64,000 nt of DNA from a virus: IMG/VR virus record IMGVR_UViG_3300021425_000006; one strand, 5' to 3'. The number at the start of each line of letters is the position of its first letter. The first letter of the stretch is position 1. Made by a program: the position numbers and the translations under genes. The notes under the pieces are model-generated. The model made no database searches, was not told the origin of the DNA, and saw only the letters and a program-made list of their open reading frames with translations. This document shows, in pieces, positions 19,716 through 28,767 of the stretch.

Positions 19716-19942
19716 AAAAACGGCAAATTAGTCTTTTTAGTAGTTTCAATATTTTCTTCAATAAGTTTACCCATTACTTCTCTATCTTCAGGACTAGTCC
19801 AATAGGCCTCATCTAAGGTAAGGCCTCCTCGCATATACCAGCATAATTTAGACAAGTCGTGTTTCATCTGTTTGGTATTTTGCTCGAGGACCTTAACTTC
19901 AGCTAGGATCTCTGGAACGGTCCAGGTCAGGATCCTTATGCG
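19712..19942 (-). CDS. gp51-like/tail-chaperone extension ORF, predicted to be reached by -1 frameshift from the gp26-like gene
   Basis: Open -1 frame RIRILTWTVPEILAEVKVLEQNTKQMKHDLSKLCWYMRGGLTLDEAYWTSPEDREVMGKLIEENIETTKKTNLPFF*; internal ATG at 19867 has no clear SD. Confidence 0.7.
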   Translation of the reverse strand, partial: RIRILTWTVPEILAEVKVLEQNTKQMKHDLSKLCWYMRGGLTLDEAYWTSPEDREVMGKLIEENIETTKKTNLPFF

Positions 19943-19948
19943 AAAAAA
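19905..19948 (-). promoter_or_regulatory. Programmed -1 ribosomal frameshift signal
   Basis: In-frame T_TTT_TTC (19948-19942), 5-nt spacer, stem-loop AGGATC..CTGGA-CCGT-TCCAG.GATCCT (19936-19905). Confidence 0.7.
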
Positions 19949-20799
19949 TTGGATTGATCAAATGTAATCGGCACATCATAAGTTGCCGGTACACCTTTTT
20001 CGATATCCTCAGGTGAACTGTTTACAGTCATTGGCTTAACAGCAAACATTGCTTTTTGCGAATTAAGATGATCAGTAATTGTATTAAAGAACTGTTTATC
20101 AGCGTTTGCAATAAACTCGTCAATATGTTTACGATTGTCTACAACATCTTCACCAATTTGAATTGATACAATACCTGTTGATATCATTCCAACTGTTAGC
20201 TCAGTAAGTTTTACAAATGAATTTGTAAATGCTTGAAGTTTTGCTTCATCTTCAACAGCATCGTCGTTTACAATATTAAAGATTCTTTGTTCTTCAAAAG
20301 TCTTAAGAGCATTTTTTGTAAACTCTTTATATGTTAACGGTCTAAGACGTACAATCATATCTCCTACCTGTACAGTATCGTTATACTCAGCATCTGCAAA
20401 ATTATCCATAATACCGCGTAAGTCTACATTCATTTCAACTTCTTCGCCTGTAACAGGTTTCTTAATGGTAATGCCCATTTCTTCACCGTATGTTGCCATA
20501 CGAATTGCTATTAAACATGCATCAAGATCGATACTTGGCATCATCCATGCATTTTTAATATTAGGAATACAACTTTGTATTACATCTACTGTTGCTTGAC
20601 CGTTAAGTAAAGCGTCTGGTGTTTTAAACGTAAGCTCGTCTTTTGCTGTCATTGAAAATACCGGGAGCTCACCACTTTCAGTATTTTCAAATACCCCGCC
20701 GGGGTAGAACTTTCCTTTACTAGGAAGAGTTATATACAACTTAGGTTGACGAAAATACTTCTGTAAAGGATTAGATCCTTGTTGGTTTATTTCTGACAT
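19936..20799 (-). CDS. gp26: Baseplate hub assembly chaperone gp26-like
   Basis: NPLQKYFRQPKLYITLPSKG..Y, MTAKDE, DLDACLIAIRMATYGEEM motifs. Confidence 0.75.
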   Translation of the reverse strand: MSEINQQGSNPLQKYFRQPKLYITLPSKGKFYPGGVFENTESGELPVFSMTAKDELTFKTPDALLNGQATVDVIQSCIPNIKNAWMMPSIDLDACLIAIRMATYGEEMGITIKKPVTGEEVEMNVDLRGIMDNFADAEYNDTVQVGDMIVRLRPLTYKEFTKNALKTFEEQRIFNIVNDDAVEDEAKLQAFTNSFVKLTELTVGMISTGIVSIQIGEDVVDNRKHIDEFIANADKQFFNTITDHLNSQKAMFAVKPMTVNSSPEDIEKGVPATYDVPITFDQSNFFA

Positions 20800-20810
20800 A
20801 TTTTTCTCCG

Positions 20811-20850
20811 TATAAATACATTATATTAATATGTATCTAATATATTTATA
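20811..20850. promoter_or_regulatory. Pair of opposed T4-type late promoters
   Basis: TATAAATA on + at 20811-20818 (toward tape measure) and on - at 20850-20843 (toward gp26). Confidence 0.8.
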
Positions 20851-20876
20851 TGCGTATATAACTAGGACTGAAAAAC

Positions 20877-23756
20877 ATGGCTGATGAAGTAAAAATTGTT
20901 GACGTTGCCGGAGGACCTGCCTCTGAGGCCACATTAGCTGAATTAGTAAAAACACTAAAAGCAATGGGTGGCGGATCTAGTGACCCTAAAACCAAAAAAG
21001 CTGAAGATAAAGCAACAAAACTGTACACTGATTCAGTAAACAAAGGCACTAAAGCCAATAAAAAAGAAACTAAAGCAACTAAAGAAACAACTGAAGCTGT
21101 AAGTAGCTTTGGCGATAGAATGAAGTCAGTTGCTGGCAATATAGTTGGCGGATTTACAAACGTAATTGCTTCTGTTGCAAACATGGGAATGGTGTTTACA
21201 ACCGGTGCAAACACTATTGAAGAATTTGTAAAGACAGTTCCGGTAGTTGGCGGAGTATTAGGCTCTATGGCTGGCTATTTTCAAAATGGTACAGATACAT
21301 TTAGACAATTATCCGCTCAAGGTGCAGCTTTTGGCAACAATATAGAGACGTTGCGTAGATCGGCTGCAGAAGCAGCTATGCCGCTTGATATGTTTGCAAA
21401 TATGGTAGCAAGTAATTCAACTACATTAACATTGTTAGGCGGAACAATTAGTGAAGGTGCAGCTCGAATGGGTAAACTTTCTAAAGAGATGCGAAACGCA
21501 GGCTTTTTAGAAATGGGTTTTACTATGGAGGAGTTAAATGAACACACTCTAGGATATATGGCATTACAAGCTCGTCGAGGACGACTTGAAAAAGCAGGTT
21601 CAGATGCAGAAAGACAAGGACTTCAAAGTTATATAACACAACTTGATAAACTTACAAAACTTACAGGAATGAGTCGTAAGGAAATGGAAGCCACAATGCA
21701 AAGACAAGCTCAAGAAGCAAATGTTAATGCAATGTTATCAAAACTTGAAGGAAAGGCTAGAGAAAACTTTACAACAAACTTAGCACAAGCAGCTGAGTTA
21801 GGACCAGAACTAGAAGGTGCGTTTAAAGATCTAGCAGATGGCGTTGCTCAAACTCCGTTAGGCGAGTCAATGGCTGCATTAAGTCCAGAATTTGCAAAAC
21901 TTGCACAAGATTCTGCTACAGGTAGAATTACAGCTGCAGAGTTCCAAGAAAGATTAAAAGGTATTGCACCAGACTTAGAAAAGTTTAGAGATGACATGGG
22001 TGGCGCTGGTACAAGTGCATTGATGGGACAAGATGGGCTTGGTGAATTATTAGGTTCTTTATATAAACTTACAGAATATACTAACAAGGCTATTAATCCA
22101 AAAAAATTAGAAGAAGAACAAGCAAGACGAGATGCAATTACTGAAGGATTTGCAAAATTTGAGCAAACTATACAAGAGGTTAAAGACAAATTCCAGTTGG
22201 CACTTATTGAAAGTGGAGTACTTGACGCTGTTGGCACAGGCTTAACAGAAATAGCAAGTATATTTGGCGTAGCAGGTGAAGAAGCTGCAAAAGGTGTTGA
22301 AAAAGCATCTAAAGATAGTACACTTACTATGGCAATGGAAAACATGAAAGTAAAAATTATCGAAATAACTGAAAGCATTAAAACATTCATAAAAGATATA
22401 GCAAATCCAGATATTAGTTTTAGCGAAGCGTTGAAAAAATTGTTTAACAATAATGCCGAAGATGACGGCGAAAAATTTAGCGTTGGTAAAATGTTAGGTG
22501 AAGCGATTGCTGCGGCTTGGGAAAACGTTGATCTTAATATACCATGGGGAACATTATTCATTGGCGGACTAGTAGGAATAGGAGCTGCAATAGCGGCGCC
22601 AGTACTTGCTATTCCAGCAGGTATAGCAGCGGCAGTTACAGCGGTATTTGGTATAGAGGCTATGAAAGACTTATTAGCCGGAGCATGGGATATATTAACA
22701 GGTGCATTTACCTGGACAGCTGATGTACTAGGAGATGCTGCTACCGGAATAAGTGGATTGTTTAGTACAGCTTGGGAAACTGTCAAAGGGTGGTTTACAT
22801 TTGGCGACGGTGAATCATTTAGTATAAGTGCAGTTGGAACAAAAATGTGGGAAACTGTTACTGGGTGGTTTAACTTCCTAGACACTAAATTTAGTATTAG
22901 TGATACAGCAATTGATATGTGGAACACAGTTACAGGATGGTTTGGTTTTGGTGAAGGCGAAGCGGCATATTCAATTAGCAAATTAGCATCTGATGCTTGG
23001 GCAACTGTTAAAGGTTGGTTTGGATTTGGAGAAGAAGATACATTTAGTATTAGTAAAATAGCAACTGACGCATGGAATACTGTTACAGGTTGGTTTAACT
23101 TTGACGGAATGGAAATGCCAAGCATTAAAGATATGTTCCAATCAGTATTTGATGCTGTTAAAGGATTCTTTACCTTCGATTTTGAAATGCCTAATTTTAA
23201 ATCATACTTACCAAAATGGATGGGCGGAGAAGGCAAATCAATATTTGGTGGAGACGAAACAGCAAGTGCAGGTACAAATGCAACAACGCAAATAGCAACA
23301 TCAAATGCACCAAGTGTCACTCTACCAGGCGAGTCACAAACAGCACTTAACGATCTTGCATCAATAACATATGCAGGATTAAACCAAGATTTAATGAATT
23401 TAAAAGACAATATGGACGCAATTGGACAAATTGATGGGTTCAAAACCACTATTTCTTCATTAAATGAGCTTGACAACGACGGCGTTTCCAAGTATAATGA
23501 TGCAGTAAAGAGTTTAAATGAGACTTTTAAAGATTTAAACAAAACTCTTTCTGAAGATAACAAAGGCTTCTTTGGCGGAGGAACAGGAGTAGCAGCCGCA
23601 GATGTAGTTGGTAACCAAGGTTTAGGTGGAAATACCGGAAATCAGTTAAATACAACTATGCTCGCATTACTTGAGGAAATGAAACAAGTTAATATGAATA
23701 CAGGTAAAACAGCAACACGAATAAGCGGATTGTCTACTGATCATCAACAAGGATAA
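20877..23756 (+). CDS. Tail tape measure protein
   Basis: 959 aa, Ala/Gly-rich and helical, a hydrophobic segment and periodic W/F repeats. Confidence 0.75.
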   Translation: MADEVKIVDVAGGPASEATLAELVKTLKAMGGGSSDPKTKKAEDKATKLYTDSVNKGTKANKKETKATKETTEAVSSFGDRMKSVAGNIVGGFTNVIASVANMGMVFTTGANTIEEFVKTVPVVGGVLGSMAGYFQNGTDTFRQLSAQGAAFGNNIETLRRSAAEAAMPLDMFANMVASNSTTLTLLGGTISEGAARMGKLSKEMRNAGFLEMGFTMEELNEHTLGYMALQARRGRLEKAGSDAERQGLQSYITQLDKLTKLTGMSRKEMEATMQRQAQEANVNAMLSKLEGKARENFTTNLAQAAELGPELEGAFKDLADGVAQTPLGESMAALSPEFAKLAQDSATGRITAAEFQERLKGIAPDLEKFRDDMGGAGTSALMGQDGLGELLGSLYKLTEYTNKAINPKKLEEEQARRDAITEGFAKFEQTIQEVKDKFQLALIESGVLDAVGTGLTEIASIFGVAGEEAAKGVEKASKDSTLTMAMENMKVKIIEITESIKTFIKDIANPDISFSEALKKLFNNNAEDDGEKFSVGKMLGEAIAAAWENVDLNIPWGTLFIGGLVGIGAAIAAPVLAIPAGIAAAVTAVFGIEAMKDLLAGAWDILTGAFTWTADVLGDAATGISGLFSTAWETVKGWFTFGDGESFSISAVGTKMWETVTGWFNFLDTKFSISDTAIDMWNTVTGWFGFGEGEAAYSISKLASDAWATVKGWFGFGEEDTFSISKIATDAWNTVTGWFNFDGMEMPSIKDMFQSVFDAVKGFFTFDFEMPNFKSYLPKWMGGEGKSIFGGDETASAGTNATTQIATSNAPSVTLPGESQTALNDLASITYAGLNQDLMNLKDNMDAIGQIDGFKTTISSLNELDNDGVSKYNDAVKSLNETFKDLNKTLSEDNKGFFGGGTGVAAADVVGNQGLGGNTGNQLNTTMLALLEEMKQVNMNTGKTATRISGLSTDHQQG
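22770..23190 (+). repeat. Tandem ~23-26 aa repeats (W.TV.GWF.F...FSIS) in tape measure protein
   Basis: AWETVKGWFTFG, MWETVTGWFNF, MWNTVTGWFGFG, AWATVKGWFGFG, AWNTVTGWFNF, plus a degenerate sixth copy. Confidence 0.85.
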
Positions 23757-23759
23757 TAA

Positions 23760-25505
23760 ATGAGTTGGAAAAAATATTTTACACCAGTACCGACTGGTAA
23801 TAACGCAGAAGGGAGTTATAGTCCCTTTAGCGGTCGTGGTGGTAGTATGAATGCTGGCCCGGCTAAATCAAATTATAGTTCTTACCTACCAGATGTATAT
23901 GTTGGTAGTCCAAATCGTGTTGAAAGATACGGTCAGTATAACACAATGGATATGGACAGTGAAGTAAACGCAGCACTTGATATTCTTGCTGAATTTTGTA
24001 CACAACAAAACACACAAAATAGAACTCCGTTTATAACTGATTATAAAACAAAAGCAACAAACTCAGAAATTACAATTATACAGCAATACTTACAACAATG
24101 GTGTAAGTTACAAAACTTTGAAACACGCATGTTCCGTATTTTACGTAACACATTTAAAATGGGTGATTCATTTTTTATTAGAGATCCTGAAACTAAAAAA
24201 TTATTTCATGTTGATCCGGGTAAATTAACAAAAATTATTGTTAATGAAAGCGAAGGCAAAAAGCCTGAACAGTATGTAATCAAAGATTTTAATTTAAACT
24301 TTAAAGAAATGGTTGCAACAACACCTTTTCAAACTAATGGCAATGTTACAGGCGGCGGTGATGGTTATTTAACTGGCGGTGCAAGAGGCATGGTCGGAAA
24401 TGTTAACACACAAAATGCTGCAGGTGGACGTTTTCAAAATGCAGACAATGAATTAGCCGTTGATGCAAAACATATAGTCCATTTAAGTCTATCAGAAGGC
24501 TTAGATATGAATTATCCTTTTGGTAATTCATTATTAGAAACTGTATTTAAAGTTTACAAACAAAAAGAACTACTTGAAGATGCTATTATTATCTATCGTG
24601 TACAAAGAGCACCTGAAAGACGTGTATTTTATGTTGACGTAGGTAACATGCCTAGTCACTTAGCAATGCAATTTGTTGAAAGAGTAAAAACAGAGATACA
24701 TCAAAGACGTATACCATCACAAACAGGCGGCGGCACTAACGTAATTGATAGTAGTTACAATCCTTTAAGTATAAACGAAGACTATTTCTTCCCACAAACA
24801 GCAGAAGGGCGTGGATCTAAAGTTGAAACACTGCCAGGCGGTACTAATTTAGGAGAAATTGATGACCTTAGATATTTTACTAATAAGCTCGTACGTGGTT
24901 TACGAATTCCTAGCAGTTACTTACCTACCGGCGCTGATGATGCAAGTAGCCAATACAATGACGGTCGAGTAGGAACAGCATATATTCAAGAGCTACGCTT
25001 TAATACGTATTGCGAAAGACTACAAAATTTATTAATTGAAGAATTTAATCAAGAATTTAAACGATATATTCTTGAAAAAGGTGTAAACATTGATACAGCA
25101 ATGTTTGACTTAAGATTTCAACCACCACAGAACTTTGCAAGTTACAGACAAAGTGAAATCGACAATGCAAGAGTACCAACATATACACAAATGAGTCAAA
25201 TACCTTATATTTCAAATCGTTTTGCAATGAAACGATTCTTAGGTATGACTGATGAAGAGCTTGCAGAAAACGAAAGACTGTGGAGAGAAGAAAATGACGA
25301 AACACTAGCACCACCTCCAGGTGACCCTAGTGGAGAATTAAGAGGAGCCGGAATAAGTTCAGCTGGTATTGATGCAGATTTAGGTGGCATCGAAGACGAA
25401 GCAGCCGACACTACACAACCTGATGTTGGTGCAGATGCAGAAGCACCCGAAACAGCAACAGGTGATGCTGGTGCTGATACAGCAACAACTGACCAAACGG
25501 TATAA
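23760..25505 (+). CDS. gp20: Portal protein
   Basis: LLEDAIIIYRVQRAPERRVFYVDVGNMP, EDYFFPQTAEGRGSKVETLPGG.NLGEIDDLRYF are diagnostic of T4 gp20. Confidence 0.96.
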   Translation: MSWKKYFTPVPTGNNAEGSYSPFSGRGGSMNAGPAKSNYSSYLPDVYVGSPNRVERYGQYNTMDMDSEVNAALDILAEFCTQQNTQNRTPFITDYKTKATNSEITIIQQYLQQWCKLQNFETRMFRILRNTFKMGDSFFIRDPETKKLFHVDPGKLTKIIVNESEGKKPEQYVIKDFNLNFKEMVATTPFQTNGNVTGGGDGYLTGGARGMVGNVNTQNAAGGRFQNADNELAVDAKHIVHLSLSEGLDMNYPFGNSLLETVFKVYKQKELLEDAIIIYRVQRAPERRVFYVDVGNMPSHLAMQFVERVKTEIHQRRIPSQTGGGTNVIDSSYNPLSINEDYFFPQTAEGRGSKVETLPGGTNLGEIDDLRYFTNKLVRGLRIPSSYLPTGADDASSQYNDGRVGTAYIQELRFNTYCERLQNLLIEEFNQEFKRYILEKGVNIDTAMFDLRFQPPQNFASYRQSEIDNARVPTYTQMSQIPYISNRFAMKRFLGMTDEELAENERLWREENDETLAPPPGDPSGELRGAGISSAGIDADLGGIEDEAADTTQPDVGADAEAPETATGDAGADTATTDQTV

Positions 25506-25508
25506 ATA
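25501..25508 (+). promoter_or_regulatory. T4-type late promoter (predicted leaderless transcript)
   Basis: TATAAATA ends 5 nt before ATG 25514; no SD. Confidence 0.75.
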
Positions 25509-25513
25509 CTATT

Positions 25514-25759
25514 ATGATACTACGTGAATTATTTTATTTTGATAAAGAAACATTAGAACCAGTCGAAGACTCATCTTACGACCCAGAACTTGACGATTCA
25601 GTAGTTAAGAAAAGCGATTCTCGCAAAACAAGATTAACACTATCCCAAATTAACCGCGTCCGCAAAGCAGCCGACATACATACTAAAGAAGCAAGTAAAG
25701 AACTTGACTTTATTAAACAGATGTATGGAATTCCAGCTGTTGAAGCCGGCGGGGTGTAA
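25514..25759 (+). CDS. Hypothetical head-module protein
   Basis: 81-aa ORF, RKTRLTLSQINRVRK; between portal and scaffold genes. Confidence 0.75.
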   Translation: MILRELFYFDKETLEPVEDSSYDPELDDSVVKKSDSRKTRLTLSQINRVRKAADIHTKEASKELDFIKQMYGIPAVEAGGV

Positions 25760-26484
25760 TGGCCAAATTAGATAAGTCTCAATATACAAAAGAACAATGG
25801 CGCAAGATAAAAGAAGCTCGTCGTCAGGAAAAAGCCGCGGCTAAACTTCAGCAACAACAAACTGTTACACCATCTGTTAAAGAAATTCACGAATCATTTC
25901 AGCCTAACACAGCGTTTGTACTAGGTAACGGCGTAAGCAGAGCTCCTATTGATCCAGAAGATTTAAAAAAGTTAGGTAAAGTTTACGGGTGTAATGCATT
26001 ATATAGAACATTCGAAGCAGATTACTTAGTTGCTGTTGATGTTAAAATGATTTTAGAAATTAATAAGTCAAGATATCAACATAAAGTTCCTGTTTGGACA
26101 AATCCTAACAAAAGTTTTCAAAACATGAGTGGTTTAAATTATTTTTCGCCTAGTAAAGGTTGGAGTAGTGGACCAACAGCATTATGGTTAGCAAGTCAGC
26201 ACGGATTTAAGAACGTATATATCTTAGGTTTCGATTTTCAGGGCATAGATAATGAAAAATTTAACAATTTGTATGCAGATACAATGAATTATAAGAAATC
26301 TACTGAAGGTCCAACGTTTTATGGTAACTGGATGCGTCAAACTAAATCGGTATTTAAGGACCATACAGATATTAATTACTATAGAATAGTAAATGATAAA
26401 AGTTACTTGCCTAAAGACCTTAACGACCATCCTAACTTCAAAAATTTACATATAGATAAGTTCAAAGAACAGTTTAGTCTTTAA
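25759..26484 (+). CDS. Maf/DUF115/GT42-like nucleotide-sugar transferase-fold protein, paralog 1
   Basis: AFVLGNGVSR, YGCNALYR, DYLVAVD, SSGPTAL, YILGFDF motifs. Confidence 0.65.
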   Translation: MAKLDKSQYTKEQWRKIKEARRQEKAAAKLQQQQTVTPSVKEIHESFQPNTAFVLGNGVSRAPIDPEDLKKLGKVYGCNALYRTFEADYLVAVDVKMILEINKSRYQHKVPVWTNPNKSFQNMSGLNYFSPSKGWSSGPTALWLASQHGFKNVYILGFDFQGIDNEKFNNLYADTMNYKKSTEGPTFYGNWMRQTKSVFKDHTDINYYRIVNDKSYLPKDLNDHPNFKNLHIDKFKEQFSL

Positions 26485-26485
26485 G

Positions 26486-27079
26486 ATGAAAGCAAAAACA
26501 GCATTTGTTATCGGAAATGGTGTAAGTAGAAAAGGAATTAACCTTAATCAACTTAAACAACACGGCACAGTCTATGCTTGTAATGCTGTTTATAGAGATT
26601 TTGATCCTGATTACTTAATTGCTGTAGATCCTAAAATGGTTTTTGAAATAAACGAAGCAGGATATCAATATAAACATAATAATGTATGGACAACTAAAAG
26701 TGATCGCACAAAAGACCTGATAGGATTTAATTATTTTAATAAATCATTAGGTTGGAGTAGTGGACCAACAGCATTATGGTTAGCAAGCGAACACGATCAT
26801 AACATTATCTATATGATAGGGTTTGATTATATGGGTTTAGGCGCAGGAAAACTATATAATAATGTATATGCTAACACTAAAAACTATATGCAAGAAGGTA
26901 ACAGAGCAACGTATTATCATAATTGGCTTAGACAAACTGAAGAAGTTATAAGAAAAAACCAGCAAATAAACTACTGTAGAGTAATATTACCAGATAATTT
27001 ACAGACTCACAAACTAAATAGTTTTGTCAATTACAATACGATGTTAGTTGACGATTTTCATATAAAAGTGAAGATCTAA
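26486..27079 (+). CDS. Maf/DUF115/GT42-like protein, paralog 2
   Basis: AFVIGNGVSR, YACNAVYR, DYLIAVD, SSGPTAL, YMIGFDY; clearly homologous to the upstream gene. Confidence 0.65.
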   Translation: MKAKTAFVIGNGVSRKGINLNQLKQHGTVYACNAVYRDFDPDYLIAVDPKMVFEINEAGYQYKHNNVWTTKSDRTKDLIGFNYFNKSLGWSSGPTALWLASEHDHNIIYMIGFDYMGLGAGKLYNNVYANTKNYMQEGNRATYYHNWLRQTEEVIRKNQQINYCRVILPDNLQTHKLNSFVNYNTMLVDDFHIKVKI

Positions 27080-27192
27080 CCTCTCACATTACAAAAAAGC
27101 TCGTTTTGAGCCTGTTTTAGCACTGATTTTCGTCTATATAGTAAATACTAGTGACAGCCTTACCATAGGTAAACAATTTATAGGAGAAAAAA

Positions 27193-28116
27193 ATGGCAGA
27201 CCAAAACAAGTTTGAAAACATGCTTGAGAAGCTCGTTAACGAAGACAGAGCCGGAGCAGAAGAATTATTCCACGAAATCGTAGTTGAAAAATCAAGAGAC
27301 ATCTACGAATCATTATTAGAAGACGACTTAGCAGAAGTTGAAGAAACAGCTGCAGAAGTTGAAGAATCAGCAGACGACGAAGACGAAGCAGTAGAAGAAG
27401 CTACTGATGAAGAAGTTGATGAAGCGTCAGAAGAAGACGAAGACGTTAAAGAAAACTTTGACTTAGACGAGTTTGAAGTAGAAGCAGATCCAATGGAAGC
27501 AGATCCAGCAGACGACATGATGGGTGACATCGAAGATGCAATGGACGGCGACGAAGAAGGTGAAAGCGACGACGAAGAGATTGAAGACCGTGTTGTTGAT
27601 TTAGAAGACGCATTAGACGATCTTAAATCAGAATTTGAAAAAATGATTGCTGGCGACGAAGGCGCTGGTGATGAAGAAGAATCCGACGACGACGAAGACG
27701 AAGACGACGGTGAAGAAGATGACGATTCAGAAGAAGAGTCATTGAACTTTGAAGCAACTGATGAAGAAGTTGACGAAGCTACTGACGAAGTTGATGAAGC
27801 AGACGAAGAAAAATCTGAAGCTGAAACAATGCGTGAGTATGTTGAAAAAGTTACACACAAGCAAGGTGAGGACAATAAAGCGAAATCACCAGTAGCAAGT
27901 GCTAACGACATGGGCGGAGAAGCTGGAAACATTGCACAAGGCGGTGAAGAAAGTGGACGCACAGCAGAAGCAGCAAAAGAAGAAGACGCAGGCAACGTAA
28001 ATAAGCCAGGCGGAAAAGCTTCTAAATCTTTAAAAGGTGATTCAAAAGGCCATGGCGCTGAGAAAAAGAGCGCAGGCGAAGCTGCAGACAACAAAAAATC
28101 TGTTGTTGGCAAGTAA
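27193..28116 (+). CDS. Highly acidic prohead core/scaffold-associated protein (gp67/68-like position)
   Basis: D/E-rich 307 aa with strong SD (AGGAG), immediately before the protease gene. Confidence 0.7.
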   Translation: MADQNKFENMLEKLVNEDRAGAEELFHEIVVEKSRDIYESLLEDDLAEVEETAAEVEESADDEDEAVEEATDEEVDEASEEDEDVKENFDLDEFEVEADPMEADPADDMMGDIEDAMDGDEEGESDDEEIEDRVVDLEDALDDLKSEFEKMIAGDEGAGDEEESDDDEDEDDGEEDDDSEEESLNFEATDEEVDEATDEVDEADEEKSEAETMREYVEKVTHKQGEDNKAKSPVASANDMGGEAGNIAQGGEESGRTAEAAKEEDAGNVNKPGGKASKSLKGDSKGHGAEKKSAGEAADNKKSVVGK

Positions 28117-28131
28117 GTTAGGAATATCTGA

Positions 28132-28755
28132 ATGAGAAACCTACGAGAGACATTGACATTCGACCAAGCTAATTTGGTTATTGAGTCTGCTAACGAGGGA
28201 AAAGACCTATACCTTAAAGGTATATGTATACAAGGCGGTGTGCGTAATGCTAACCAACGTGTATATCCTGTAAACGAAATTGGCAGGGCTGTCAAAACTC
28301 TTAATGATCAAATACAAGGAGGATATAGTGTTCTTGGAGAAGTTGATCATCCAGAAGGACTTAATATTAACTTAGATCGTGTATCACATATGATTGAATC
28401 ATGTTGGATGGACGGGAATAATGGTTATGGAAAATTGAAAATATTACCAACCCCAATGGGACAACTAGTTAAAACAATGCTTGAAAGCGGAGTTAAATTA
28501 GGTGTTTCATCTAGGGGTTCGGGTAATGTATCAGAAGACGGGTCCGGTGAAGTATCGGACTTCGAAATAATTACTGTGGACGTTGTGGCTCAGCCTAGCG
28601 CCCCAGGAGCATATCCAACACCAATCTACGAGCATTTAATGAATGCACGTGGAGGAATGGCGGCATATGAACTAGCACAGGCAACAAAACAAGACCCAAA
28701 GGCACAGAAATACTTAAAAGAATCGCTGATTAATATAATCAGTCGACTCCAATAA
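28132..28755 (+). CDS. gp21: Prohead protease
   Basis: NANQRVYP, GEVDHP, INLDRVSH, LGVSSRGSG, DVVAQPSAPGA. Confidence 0.95.
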   Translation: MRNLRETLTFDQANLVIESANEGKDLYLKGICIQGGVRNANQRVYPVNEIGRAVKTLNDQIQGGYSVLGEVDHPEGLNINLDRVSHMIESCWMDGNNGYGKLKILPTPMGQLVKTMLESGVKLGVSSRGSGNVSEDGSGEVSDFEIITVDVVAQPSAPGAYPTPIYEHLMNARGGMAAYELAQATKQDPKAQKYLKESLINIISRLQ

Positions 28756-28767
28756 AAGGAGATAATT

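Noticed and set aside
21848-23563. 571-aa antisense ORF inside the tape measure gene
   Set aside because: Mirror-frame ORF expected from the sense gene's codon bias; no SD or recognisable domain.
27303-28295. 330-aa Ser-rich antisense ORF
   Set aside because: Reverse complement of GAA/GAC-rich acidic codons yields poly-Ser; a shadow ORF.
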